NCBI GenBank assembly: GCA_963663275.1
Contig: OY760183.1
Location: 864,001 to 928,000 of the forward strand
Source of the DNA: Chloroflexota bacterium
GTDB lineage: Bacteria; Chloroflexota; UBA11872; VXOZ01
Length of the DNA stretch: 64,000 nt
Direction: 5' to 3'
Shown here in pieces: positions 27,985 through 37,753 of this stretch. The stretch's first letter is position 1. Every line of letters begins with the position of its first letter. Position numbers and translations under genes: made by a program. The notes under the pieces were generated by a model. It saw nothing but the letters and a program-made list of their open reading frames with translations. It ran no database searches and was not told where the DNA came from.

Positions 27985-30360
27985 CTACTGCGCAAGCTCG
28001 ACGACCGTCGCGCCGTCGCCGCCTTCCCGCGCCGGGGCGGTGCGAAACTTGCGCACCAGCGGATGGCCGCGCAGCATCTCGTGCACGGCGGCGCGCAGCG
28101 CGCCGGTGCCTTTGCCGTGGATGATGCGCACGCTCTTCAGGCCGCCGTGGAGCGCCTGGTCCAGGTAACGGTCAACCGTCTCTATGCTTTCCTCGGCGCG
28201 GTTGCCGCGGATGTCCAGCTCGATTGGCGCCACCGGCGGGGCGGGCCGCAGATCGCGTTGCCGCTCATCCGGCGCGCTCGCGTCCCGCCGGCTCTCAACG
28301 AACGTCAGTTCAGCAAGAGCAACGCGGGTCTTGATCCGGCCCACCTGCACGGCAACCAGACCCCGGGCGTCCGGGGCCGCCAGCACCTCGCCCGGCATCT
28401 CCCAGCCGCGCACGCGCACCGTATCGCCCACGGCGAGCGCCTCCGGCTCCGGCAGTTGGCGCGTGGCCCGCGCGCGGGCGCGCATCTCCCGCTGCCGTTC
28501 GCGGGCTTGGCCGGCGGCGCGCTCCAGCAGTTTGCGGTTGGCGTCCGTTGGCGCGGCAAACACTTTCGCCTGGCGCGCCAGCGCCTGGATCTGCTCCAGC
28601 AACGCCGACGCTTCCTCGGTTGCCGCGTCCCACGCCGCCGTCTTCTGTTCCGTTACCGCTTGCTCCATCTCCCGCACCCGCGCCGCCAGCGCGTCGCGCT
28701 CGGTTTCCAACGCCGCGCGGTCGTTCGACAGATGCTCGCGCTCGGCCTTCAGTTGCTCCGTCTCATCCCGCAGGGCGACCATCAGCGCGTCCACCGCCTG
28801 TTCGGTGGGACTGAACCGCGCCTCCGCCTGGGCCGCAATCGCCGGGTTCAGGCCGAGGCGGCCGGCAATCTGCAGCGCGTGGCTGGTGCCCGGCGTGCCG
28901 ATGGAGAGCACGTAGGTCGGCGCCAGGCGTTCCACGTCGAACTCCACGCTGGCGTTCTGCATGGATTCCTCCACGTGCGCCAACGCCTTCACCGCCGAAA
29001 AATGGCTGGTGGCTACGGTGGGAACGCGCTTATTGCGCAGATACAAGAGAATCGCCTGCGCCAATGCCGAGCCTTCCTGCGGATCCGTGCCCGCGCCAAG
29101 CTCGTCGAACAGCACTAGCGACCGTTCGCCGGCCTCGTCGAGAATGGGGATGATCTTCGAGAGGTGCGACGAGAAGGTGGAGAGGCTCTGCTCGATGCTC
29201 TGCTCGTCGCCAATGTCGGCGTGCACCTGCTGGAACACCGCCAGCCGCGAGCCGAGCGCCGCCGGCAGGTGCAGCCCGCACTGGCCCATGAGCGTGAGCA
29301 AGCCGATGGTCTTGAGCGCCACGGTCTTGCCGCCGGTGTTCGGGCCGGTGATGACGAGCACGTAGAAGGGCTGCGACCGCTCCCGCTGGGGGTCTTGTCC
29401 CAGGTAGACGTCGATGGGCACGACTGTGCCCGTGAGCAGCGGATGCTTGGCCTGCCGGAACGAGAAGCGATAGCCGGCGACGACGGCCGGCTGCTCGGCT
29501 TGCATGGTCTCGGCGTAGCGCGCCTTGGCCAAAATGATGTCGATGGCGGCCAGCGTGCCCACGTTTTCGCTGAGTTCCTGCTGATATGCGCCCACCTCGG
29601 ACGAAAGTGCGCGCAGGATGCGGTCTACCTCCCGCTGCTCCTCGCGCTGGGCGCTGCGCCAGCGGTTGTTGATCTCCACCACGTCCAGCGGCTCCACGAA
29701 CACGGTCGCGCCGCTGGCGGACTCGTCGTGCACGATGCCTTTCACCCGCCCGCGAAACTCGGACTTCACCGGCAGCACGTACCGCTCCGACCGCAGCGTG
29801 ACGATCGGGTCTTGCAGGAAGGTGAGATATTCCGGCAAGCGCACCAGGACCTGCATGCGGTCCAGCAGTTGGTTGTGCACGGCGCGCACCTCCTGGCGCA
29901 GGTCGCGCAGCAGGGGGCTGGCGCTATCCAGCACGTCGCCGTCCGGGCCAATCGCCTGCTCGATGGCGCCCTGCAAGGGGTCGCACTTCATGATCTCCCG
30001 CGCCAACCGGCTGAGCAACGGAAACGATTCGGCGCGCCGCACCAGCATCTCCCGCGTCATGCGCCCGCTGCGCACGGTGTCGGCTACCGCCAGCAATCCG
30101 GCCGCGTCCAGCACGCCGCCCCGCGCGGCATAGTCCGCCAACCCGCGCACGTCATGCGCCGGGCCGATGGTGAAGTTCGGATGCAACCGCAGCAACTCCC
30201 GCGCCTCGGCGGTCTCCGTGAGGAGGTTTTCCACCGCCGCCGGCTCCGTGGCGGGCATAAGCTCCTCCGCCAACGCCTTGCTGGCGGAGAAATGCGCGTG
30301 CTCCACGAGCAGGGCGCGAATCTTGGGGAATTCGAGGAGTTCGAGGGTCTTGGGATTCAT
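27985..30360 (-). CDS. mutS2: Endonuclease MutS2
   Basis: LELLEF start, ITGPNTGGKT, DIGDEQSIEQSLSTFS, DELGAGTDP, C-terminal Smr (IIHGKGTG). Confidence 0.96.
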   Translation of the reverse strand: MNPKTLELLEFPKIRALLVEHAHFSASKALAEELMPATEPAAVENLLTETAEARELLRLHPNFTIGPAHDVRGLADYAARGGVLDAAGLLAVADTVRSGRMTREMLVRRAESFPLLSRLAREIMKCDPLQGAIEQAIGPDGDVLDSASPLLRDLRQEVRAVHNQLLDRMQVLVRLPEYLTFLQDPIVTLRSERYVLPVKSEFRGRVKGIVHDESASGATVFVEPLDVVEINNRWRSAQREEQREVDRILRALSSEVGAYQQELSENVGTLAAIDIILAKARYAETMQAEQPAVVAGYRFSFRQAKHPLLTGTVVPIDVYLGQDPQRERSQPFYVLVITGPNTGGKTVALKTIGLLTLMGQCGLHLPAALGSRLAVFQQVHADIGDEQSIEQSLSTFSSHLSKIIPILDEAGERSLVLFDELGAGTDPQEGSALAQAILLYLRNKRVPTVATSHFSAVKALAHVEESMQNASVEFDVERLAPTYVLSIGTPGTSHALQIAGRLGLNPAIAAQAEARFSPTEQAVDALMVALRDETEQLKAEREHLSNDRAALETERDALAARVREMEQAVTEQKTAAWDAATEEASALLEQIQALARQAKVFAAPTDANRKLLERAAGQARERQREMRARARATRQLPEPEALAVGDTVRVRGWEMPGEVLAAPDARGLVAVQVGRIKTRVALAELTFVESRRDASAPDERQRDLRPAPPVAPIELDIRGNRAEESIETVDRYLDQALHGGLKSVRIIHGKGTGALRAAVHEMLRGHPLVRKFRTAPAREGGDGATVVELAQ

Positions 30361-30384
30361 GGGACTTGTTTGACTTCTTGAACC

Positions 30385-30536
30385 GTCACTTCTATGAGAG
30401 ACCGTCACTACCACGAGATATCGTCACGTGTATAAGAGACTGTCACTTCTATGAGAGACCGTCACTACCACGAGATACCGTCATATCCATAAGAGGTAGT
30501 CACTTCTACGAAAAACTGGCGCTTCTACGAGAGTAG
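30385..30536. repeat. 19-bp tandem repeat (8 units) with 57-bp higher-order period
   Basis: GTCACTTCTATGAGAGACC / GTCACTACCACGAGATA(T/C)C / GTCA..ATAAGAG.. repeated. Confidence 0.85.
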
Positions 30537-30893
30537 GACATCAAGCCGTTCGCCCTGAGCATCGTCGAAGGGTGAACGGCGGCGGCATCACAGCATCGGC
30601 TAACCGCTTCCTACTCTCCGTTCATACTTTGACAAGCTCAGCACGAACGGAGAGTAGGAAGCTTGTCTTCATGCCCGCATGTAGCCTGGCACGGCCGCGC
30701 CAATTCCCGCTTGCACGGAAACCATCTGCCGTGCGGGATTCCACCACTCGCCGGCCACAGGCCCGCCTTTCTAGTGTAGCCTGCGCAGGCGGCAAAGGGT
30801 AGCGGCCGGGCGATTTTGCAACCGCGCCCGGTGTTCAAAAACAAGAGGCGGGGGACAAGCCCCCGCGCTACGACTGGCCGTCGTTACCATGTG

Positions 30894-32429
30894 CTATTGC
30901 GCGCCGGCGTCCGCTAGCAGGCTGTCGCGCAGTTCGCGTTTCAGCACCTTGCCCATGGTGTTGCGGGGGAGTTCGTCGGCGAAGTAGACGTCGCTGGGCA
31001 CCTGGTAGTCCACGCTGCGTTCGCGGCAGAAGTCGCGGATGGCGCGGGGCGTGGCTGCTGTGTCGGCGTCCTGGTCTTTCACCACCACGGCCACCACTTT
31101 CTCGCCGCGCAGGTCGTCGGGCAGGCCGAAGACGGCGGACTCTTTCACGCCGGGGCAATCGTTGAGCACGCGCTCGACCATGGGTGGATAGACGTTGAAG
31201 CCCTTGGTGATGATGAGGTCCACTTTTCGCCCGATGAGGGTCAAGTACCCCTGGGGATCCAAGAAACCCAAATCGCCGGTGGCGAAGTAGCCCTGGTGGG
31301 CGAAGGCCTCGGCGGTGGCTTCCGGCCGGTTCAGGTAGTGGTCGAAGATCACCGGGCCTTTCACGTGCACCTCGCCCACGGCATGGCCTTCCTTGGTGGT
31401 GGAGCCGTCCTCGACCATGGTCATCTCGATGCCGTCCAGCGGCAACCCCACCGAGCCCTGCACGCTGGGCGTATCGATGGGCAGGCTGGCGATCACGTGG
31501 CTCTCGGTCATGCCGTACCGGTTGATGAGCGGATTCTTTAAGATACCCTCCAGTTCCGGTAACACTTCGGGGCGAATTGGGGCCGAACCGCACGTGAAGA
31601 GCCGCACGTGCGACCAGTGCGCGGCGCGTTCGCGAAACTCCGGCCGCCCCAGGAACTGATAGTACATGGGCGGAATGGCCATGAAGACCGTGGTGCGGTC
31701 GATGAGGTCCAGGGTGCGCACCGGGTGAAATGAGTCCGCCATGAGCATGTGCGCGCCGGTGAGGAAGTTCACGTGGCTGGCGAACGACAACCCGTGAATG
31801 TGGAAGAACGGCAGCACGTTCACCAGCGCGTCGTCGGGCGTGAACGCCCAGCAATCGGCCAGCGAACGCACCGCCGCGCCGAGATTGGCGTGGGTGTGCA
31901 CCACGCCCTTGGGCTGGCCGGTGGTGCCGGAGGAGTAGAGCAGCAGCGCCCAGTCTGCCGCGGTGGAATCCGGCAAAGAGGCCGTGGGCCGCGGCGCGAG
32001 TTTGAGAAACTCGTCGGCGCGCAGCACCCCGCGCAACGGCGTGGCTTCATCTTCCGCCAGCGCCCGCAGCACCGGCAGTTCGGCGTCACCGCCCACCGCC
32101 AAGGCCGCGCCGCTATCCCGCGCGTAGTATTCCATTTCGCGCGGCGTGAACTTGAAGTTGAGCGGCAGCGAAACCCCGCCGGCCCGGATCGCGCCCAGAT
32201 GCGCCAGCAGCAGCGCCCGCTTGTCCGCCGTGTAGAGGATGACGCGCTCGCCAGCGCGCAAGCCCCGCTGCTCCAAGAAAACCGCCGCCGCCCGCGTCCG
32301 CGCGTCCAGTTCTGCATACGTCCACGTCTCACCCCGATACGTCAACGCGGGACGCTGCGCGAATTGGGCGAATGCGTCTTCAAGCTGGTCGCGAAACGGT
32401 AGAAACGTCGTGGAAAACTTTGGATTCAT
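30894..32429 (-). CDS. Acyl-CoA synthetase (malonyl-CoA synthetase MatB-like)
   Basis: YSSGTTGQPKG, LPFFHIHGL, RYGMTES, TGDLG, LPRNTMGKV. Confidence 0.88.
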   Translation of the reverse strand: MNPKFSTTFLPFRDQLEDAFAQFAQRPALTYRGETWTYAELDARTRAAAVFLEQRGLRAGERVILYTADKRALLLAHLGAIRAGGVSLPLNFKFTPREMEYYARDSGAALAVGGDAELPVLRALAEDEATPLRGVLRADEFLKLAPRPTASLPDSTAADWALLLYSSGTTGQPKGVVHTHANLGAAVRSLADCWAFTPDDALVNVLPFFHIHGLSFASHVNFLTGAHMLMADSFHPVRTLDLIDRTTVFMAIPPMYYQFLGRPEFRERAAHWSHVRLFTCGSAPIRPEVLPELEGILKNPLINRYGMTESHVIASLPIDTPSVQGSVGLPLDGIEMTMVEDGSTTKEGHAVGEVHVKGPVIFDHYLNRPEATAEAFAHQGYFATGDLGFLDPQGYLTLIGRKVDLIITKGFNVYPPMVERVLNDCPGVKESAVFGLPDDLRGEKVVAVVVKDQDADTAATPRAIRDFCRERSVDYQVPSDVYFADELPRNTMGKVLKRELRDSLLADAGAQ

Positions 32430-32623
32430 GTGCTCTGTTTTCACTTCCAATCTCGTTGTAGCCCATGGCACACTTAGCCTCTTGGATTGCCAAGGGTTTC
32501 CTGACAACCACCAAGAAGTGATGTTTCGGTAGGGCCTGCTTCATGGCCAGTGAAGTGTCGTGCATTCGAAGAGTCTGCTAACATTTTTAACTACGGGGGT
32601 ATTCCAAAGCAAGTGAGGAATCT

Positions 32624-34387
32624 ATGAACTCTGGTGGTACGATTACATCTGTCCGGTTTACAAACTTCAAAGCTTTCGCGAACTTTTCAATCTCGCTTGA
32701 CCGAATGAATATCCTTGTCGGTCCGAACAACTCAGGGAAGTCTACTGTGATTGGCGCATTTCGAGTCCTTGCTATGGGACTAAGAACAGCAGCCAGACGC
32801 AAACCGGAATTCTTCGGAGGCCGGCACATTGCGCGGGGTTACAGAATACCCAGAGCCTCGATTCCCATTTCCTTGGAAAATGCACAGACTGATTACCAAG
32901 ATGTAGAAGCTACAGTCACTTTTAGGATATCAAATGGAAACAGTCTGCAACTGTCGTTTTCTAGTGAAGGCGACGATTGCTTCTTGTACCCGCTTACTGC
33001 TGAAGGAGAACCAGTGACCAAGGCCAAATTCAGCCGACAGTTTCCGATTTCTCTGCTGGTTGTACCTGTGCTCGGCCCTGTTGAACATGAAGAGCCAATC
33101 GTAAAGAAAGAGACAGTGGATAAGAACCTGGCGACACACCGGGCTTCACGCAATTTCCGCAACTACTGGTACCACTATCCCAATGAATTTGCAGACTTCC
33201 GGAAGCAGGTTACAGCCACTTGGCCCGGCATGGAGATTGGACCTCCAGAGTCAGACGGTCAAAAGCTGGCCATGTTTTGCTATGAAGACACGATCGCTCG
33301 AGAGCTCTATTGGACTGGCTATGGCTTTCAGGTTTGGTGCCAGTTGCTTTCACACATCTTTAGAAGCCAGGATCGATCAATGCTCATAATTGATGAGCCG
33401 GACATCTACTTGCATGCTAACCCACAAAGACAATTGCTATCAATATTGAAGGCATCTGGGCAAGACGTGCTGGTGGCGACTCACTCAACTGAAATCATAA
33501 CCGAGGCAGACACCAACGACATTCTAGTGATTGACAAAACTCAACGTTCAGCGAAGAGAGTACGTAGTCCTAAAGGGATTCAGTCCACGCTGGGATCACT
33601 AGGGTCTACGCACATGGTGACGATGAGCGCGATTGCGCAGGCCAGACGAGTCCTCTATGTTGAGGGCGAGGACTTCAAGACTCTAAGGAAGTTTGCTAGG
33701 TGCCTTGGTTTGAGCGAGCTAGCTGCTGGTGTTGGTATTGCACCGTTTCCTCTCGGCGGCTTCCCCTCAGTAGAACGCATAAAGGCGGCCACTCTGGGCG
33801 TTAAGGAATCTATTGGGGGCTCAATAGTCTTCGGTGGAATCTTTGATCGAGATTTCCGTCCAGATGAGGAAGTTGATGACTTACTGTCGAGGCTTCAAAG
33901 CAAGCTGGAATTGTGCGTGATATTGGAAAGAAAGGAGATTGAGAACTACCTGCTCATTCCACCTGCCTTGGAAAGGACGTTAGCAAGACTCGTAGAGGAA
34001 AGGGCACGGCGCGGTGGTGAGTCTGCAACCGAAGCCAGACCGATTGCCGACATTCTTGAGGAGATTACAGCGCCGATGAAAGCCGACGTTCAGTCCCAGT
34101 TTTTCGCCAAGCGAGGAGAGTACTTGAAACATACTGGTAAGGACCCAAGTACCATTAACCTCGAATCCATTGAAATACTTGAGGGGTACTGGAACGAAGC
34201 CCGATTGCGGCTTCACATTGTGCCGGGGAAAAGGGTTCTGAGCGAACTTTCCTCCCGAGTGCAAGAAGAATACAAGGTGACCCTGACGACGGCGAGGATT
34301 GTAGAAGAATTACGTGACAATGAAATACCGTGGGACCTTCGCCAGACGTTGAAGAAGATTGAGTCGTTTCGGTGTAGCGCTCTTTGA
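32624..34387 (+). CDS. ABC-type ATPase-TOPRIM nuclease (OLD / PARIS-like)
   Basis: Walker A GPNNSGKST, Walker B IIDEPD, H-loop ATHS, TOPRIM YVEGED...DRD...EIENYL; low GC. Confidence 0.85.
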   Translation: MNSGGTITSVRFTNFKAFANFSISLDRMNILVGPNNSGKSTVIGAFRVLAMGLRTAARRKPEFFGGRHIARGYRIPRASIPISLENAQTDYQDVEATVTFRISNGNSLQLSFSSEGDDCFLYPLTAEGEPVTKAKFSRQFPISLLVVPVLGPVEHEEPIVKKETVDKNLATHRASRNFRNYWYHYPNEFADFRKQVTATWPGMEIGPPESDGQKLAMFCYEDTIARELYWTGYGFQVWCQLLSHIFRSQDRSMLIIDEPDIYLHANPQRQLLSILKASGQDVLVATHSTEIITEADTNDILVIDKTQRSAKRVRSPKGIQSTLGSLGSTHMVTMSAIAQARRVLYVEGEDFKTLRKFARCLGLSELAAGVGIAPFPLGGFPSVERIKAATLGVKESIGGSIVFGGIFDRDFRPDEEVDDLLSRLQSKLELCVILERKEIENYLLIPPALERTLARLVEERARRGGESATEARPIADILEEITAPMKADVQSQFFAKRGEYLKHTGKDPSTINLESIEILEGYWNEARLRLHIVPGKRVLSELSSRVQEEYKVTLTTARIVEELRDNEIPWDLRQTLKKIESFRCSAL

Positions 34388-34694
34388 TGTTTGCCAAGAG
34401 TTATTCAACTGCCAAGAAACTGTGGTAGGAGTAACTTTCGAGCGATACCAATTGTGCTGTTCCGCGAAGAGATGGTCGATATAGAAGTCTAGCGTCTGTG
34501 GCTCCGTGTTCGTAAGATCTCTCCTAGCACATCAAGTTGACTTTTCTACCTATGGGAGAGAGACAGCTCTATGACCGCAAATGAGGCGGGAGGGGGCCGA
34601 ATCTCTGTCCGAATTGCCTAAACCGATTTGAAGAAGGCGATCTGCAAAGCGCCTCAAATGATACGAGAGTGCCCGCACCCAGCTAAGCAACGCA

Positions 34695-35288
34695 TCACAT
34701 CCGTTGCGCGATCACCTTCTCCCGGTCTTCCGGATCTATGAGCGGCGGCGGCGCGTCGTAGCGGGCAACCTGGTACCAGCCGGAGCCGAAGATCAGGCCG
34801 TCGTGTCTGATCACCCAGGAGTGCTTGGTTTCCAGAAAGCCGCCTCTGGCCGGGTTTTCGTAGACGTAGCTGACCCAGCTTCCCGCCTCGCTCACCGCCA
34901 GCATGGCGGCGCCAAAGTCGTAGCCGTTGGCGTCAACGCCCAGCGGTCTCTCGACGACCAAGCCGACGTTATCCGGGATGGCGGCATGGGACAATACCAG
35001 GCCCTCCGCGTCGATGATGAAGAGGTACCATTCGCCGTCCATGCTCTCCGGCGTGTTGTAGTAGGCAACGGCAGCGTCGCGCCCGTCGGCGTCGTAGCGC
35101 CGCAGCGCCTCGGCCACGAACGCCTTGGTGTACAGACCGGGCTCGGCGGACTTGGAGATAGTATCGAGGCTCGGCGTCTCCGGTGGCAGCGGTTGGGCCG
35201 GTTGCGTCGCGGTCGGCACGGTACTGCATGACGCAAGAGCGACAATTGCCGCAAGAATAGCGACACACGTGATTACCCGCTTGGACAT
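34695..35288 (-). CDS. Single Cache-like domain lipoprotein
   Basis: Lipobox LASC; same repeat unit as 11443-13074; RBS GGAGGAGG. Confidence 0.75.
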   Translation of the reverse strand: MSKRVITCVAILAAIVALASCSTVPTATQPAQPLPPETPSLDTISKSAEPGLYTKAFVAEALRRYDADGRDAAVAYYNTPESMDGEWYLFIIDAEGLVLSHAAIPDNVGLVVERPLGVDANGYDFGAAMLAVSEAGSWVSYVYENPARGGFLETKHSWVIRHDGLIFGSGWYQVARYDAPPPLIDPEDREKVIAQRM

Positions 35289-35390
35289 CCGGCGCCTCCT
35301 CCAATGCGTCTTGGGCTGGAAAACCGACACGGCCTGTACCTTCCAGTATAGCACCGCACACTGAACGCTTAGCATGACACGCCCACACGC

Positions 35391-36110
35391 CTACGGCACG
35401 TCCAGCACGAAGGTGAACTGCGCTTCTTTGCCTTCCGCCGCATCCGTGATGTCCACCAGCAGCGCGGGATCGAAGATGTCGTCGCCTTGGTTGCTCGATT
35501 CACCGGGAAAGTAGAGTTGGGTGGTGAGAATGGGTTGGTTGGGCGCTTGCACGCGCACGTGGATGTGGCGCGTGCGCCCGGGATAGACGCCCGGCACGAT
35601 TGTTTCCAGGGTGAAGCGCCCGGCGTCGTCGGCGAACTGGTGGCCGCGAAAGGTGTAGCCCTCGTTGTCGTAGTCACCGGCGTCGTTGGTGTGCCAGAAG
35701 TCGAGCAGCGCGCCGGCGACCGGCGCGCACTTCGTGGAAAGCACGTGGCCCGTAAGCAGCAGCCGTGTACCCGCCGCGCCGGGTTCCAGCAAAGACGTGC
35801 GCAGCGGCGTGTTGGGCGTGTAGAACGGGCCGGCGGTCAGGGGCGGTGTCGGGTCGTCGTCGTCTTCACACGCCGGCGTGGCGGGTAGTTCCGTTGCAGC
35901 CGTTGTCTGCTCCGCGGGCTGCCTCGCTTCGGCCTGGACCGGCGCGGCCGTGGCCGGGGCCGCTTCCATTTCCTGCTCTGCGGCCGTCTGCTTTGTTTCC
36001 GCCTGCCGTCCCAGCGCGCCGCAGGCCGCGAGCACGGCCGTCAGCGGGATTATGAGCGCCTTTTGCCAGAGCAAGCGGCGTGATAGGCGCAACACTCTTC
36101 GAGTATTCAC
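35391..36110 (-). CDS. Intradiol ring-cleavage dioxygenase-family lipoprotein
   Basis: GPFY, DFWHTNDAGDY, PGVYPGRTRHIH, TTQLYF; RR-rich leader and LAAC lipobox. Confidence 0.85.
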   Translation of the reverse strand: MNTRRVLRLSRRLLWQKALIIPLTAVLAACGALGRQAETKQTAAEQEMEAAPATAAPVQAEARQPAEQTTAATELPATPACEDDDDPTPPLTAGPFYTPNTPLRTSLLEPGAAGTRLLLTGHVLSTKCAPVAGALLDFWHTNDAGDYDNEGYTFRGHQFADDAGRFTLETIVPGVYPGRTRHIHVRVQAPNQPILTTQLYFPGESSNQGDDIFDPALLVDITDAAEGKEAQFTFVLDVP

Positions 36111-36354
36111 ACTCTTTCCTCCGTTTGCGCGCGAACTCTCTCCTTAATCACTGTAGAACGAACGCGCGATTCATGCCAGTTGGCGCGGGGGTGGGGGTAT
36201 CGGTCAAGCGTCTCCTGCCTGCGCGCACGTGCCTCAGTACAGCGGCAGGCGCGGAATTGCTGCGCCGTTGGCTCCCGGCTTGCTATACTACACGCGGGAC
36301 TAATCCGGCAATCACTGAGCCGCAGGCACGAATGGCAACGGGAGCAAGCAGACG

Positions 36355-36906
36355 ATGACCCGCGATGAAGGCATGGAACTCGTCCACGAACTACTCAAGA
36401 ACAAGAATCTCGTGAAGCACTGCCTGGCGGTGGAGGCCTGCATGAGAGGCTTGGCGCGGCACTTTGGCGAAGATGAAGACCTGTGGGGCCTGGCGGGCCT
36501 GATGCACGACGCCGATTACGAGGCCACCGAGAAAGACCCGGCCCAGCACACACTGCTGATGGCGAAACTGCTGGAGGAACGCGACTGCGACCCCCGCGTC
36601 ATCCACGCGGTGCGCGCCCACAGCGACGAACACGGCGTGCCGCGCGAAAGTCTGATGGATAAAGCCCTCTACGCCTGCGATAACCTCTCCGGCCTCATCA
36701 TCGCCTGCGCGCTGGTGCGGCCCGATAAGAAACTGGCCTCGGTGACGCCGAAATTCGTCATGCGCAAATATAAGGAAAAAGCCTTCGCCGCCTCCGCCAA
36801 ACGCGAGGAGATCGAAACGTGCAGCGACATCGGCTTCACCCTGCCGGATTTCGCCGCCCTGAACCTGGCCGCGCTGCAGGGCATTTCAAGCGAACTAGGG
36901 CTATGA
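36355..36906 (+). CDS. HD (HDIG) domain metal-dependent hydrolase
   Basis: KHCLAVE, GLMHDADY, ACDNLSGLI, KEKAFA. Confidence 0.88.
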   Translation: MTRDEGMELVHELLKNKNLVKHCLAVEACMRGLARHFGEDEDLWGLAGLMHDADYEATEKDPAQHTLLMAKLLEERDCDPRVIHAVRAHSDEHGVPRESLMDKALYACDNLSGLIIACALVRPDKKLASVTPKFVMRKYKEKAFAASAKREEIETCSDIGFTLPDFAALNLAALQGISSELGL

Positions 36907-36959
36907 CGGAGCCACCGCAATCAGATTGCCAGAAAATCCAGGAGACACAGGGCCTCGCA

Positions 36960-37748
36960 CTAGGCTTGCGGAGGAGTAGGCAGAGATGACAGCCCTTCAG
37001 TATCTCTGGTCTGATCAAAAAGCTGTCTGAGGTTGTCCTCAATCTCAGCTATGGCTTGCATATGTTCATCCAGATCAGACTTCGTTAACTCTCGCGCAGT
37101 CACTCTGGACTTCTTGGTGCGTTCGACGATTACGACTTGAGTAGGATAGCTGACGTACGCTGGGCTTGTTCGTATTGCATGTTCCAGAGTCCAGACAGCC
37201 GCAAAAACACCTTCGGAAATGCTCGGGAGTCGATCACTCCAGAAAATGTGCCTGAGGAAAGCGAGGAATGGGTCTGCAATAGTCTGGCCGCTGCCAATGG
37301 CAATGAAAGGGAGATCCTCCGATGCTTCCTCTGGCGCACCTTGAGCATCGAATTGGAAGAGACATGGTTTGCCACCACAGGGAAGCCCAACTAGAGTGTG
37401 AGCAAGCGCACTACTCTGCGCAGCCTGCCCAAGAATCTTCTGGGCAATGTCCGCAGCCTGCAGTTCTAGCCCAACATGCTCCCATATCCTGCGCCGTAGC
37501 AGGGCCATGACCTGAGTAGGAGACTTATCACTCAGTTCCTTGTTCCGCCAAAGCTCTTCAACTTCGGCGACAATTCGCTGCCCCAACCCAACGGATCCAG
37601 ATACTCCAACTACGCTCTGTCCACCAACTATGTCTAGCTTCTTGACGGGTTGGCGTATTGTGTTACCAGAGAGACTTCCCAGCGTTGCAGCACCGTCCGC
37701 ACCCAGTACAACTCCATCTTTAGCTTTGATTCCAACGATGAGTGTCAC
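36960..37748 (-). CDS. Proteasome beta-subunit-like Ntn (Thr) hydrolase
   Basis: A GTG start at 37748 gives M-TLIVGIKAKDGVVLGAD (Thr1, Asp17), then PVKKL (Lys33 equivalent) and AIGSG. Confidence 0.8.
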   Translation of the reverse strand: MTLIVGIKAKDGVVLGADGAATLGSLSGNTIRQPVKKLDIVGGQSVVGVSGSVGLGQRIVAEVEELWRNKELSDKSPTQVMALLRRRIWEHVGLELQAADIAQKILGQAAQSSALAHTLVGLPCGGKPCLFQFDAQGAPEEASEDLPFIAIGSGQTIADPFLAFLRHIFWSDRLPSISEGVFAAVWTLEHAIRTSPAYVSYPTQVVIVERTKKSRVTARELTKSDLDEHMQAIAEIEDNLRQLFDQTRDTEGLSSLPTPPQA

Positions 37749-37753
37749 TAAGA

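Noticed and set aside
30361-30536. N-terminal extension of MutS2, or a CRISPR with short spacers
   Set aside because: The typical MutS2 start is at 30360; the variable parts are too short for spacers and themselves recur.
32624-34690. Gabija or retron system
   Set aside because: No GajB/UvrD helicase, reverse transcriptase or msr-msd structure is adjacent.
36355-36906. HD protein as toxin partner of the Panacea/YwgA-like gene
   Set aside because: It is on the opposite strand, has host-like GC, and is separated from that gene by the protease gene.
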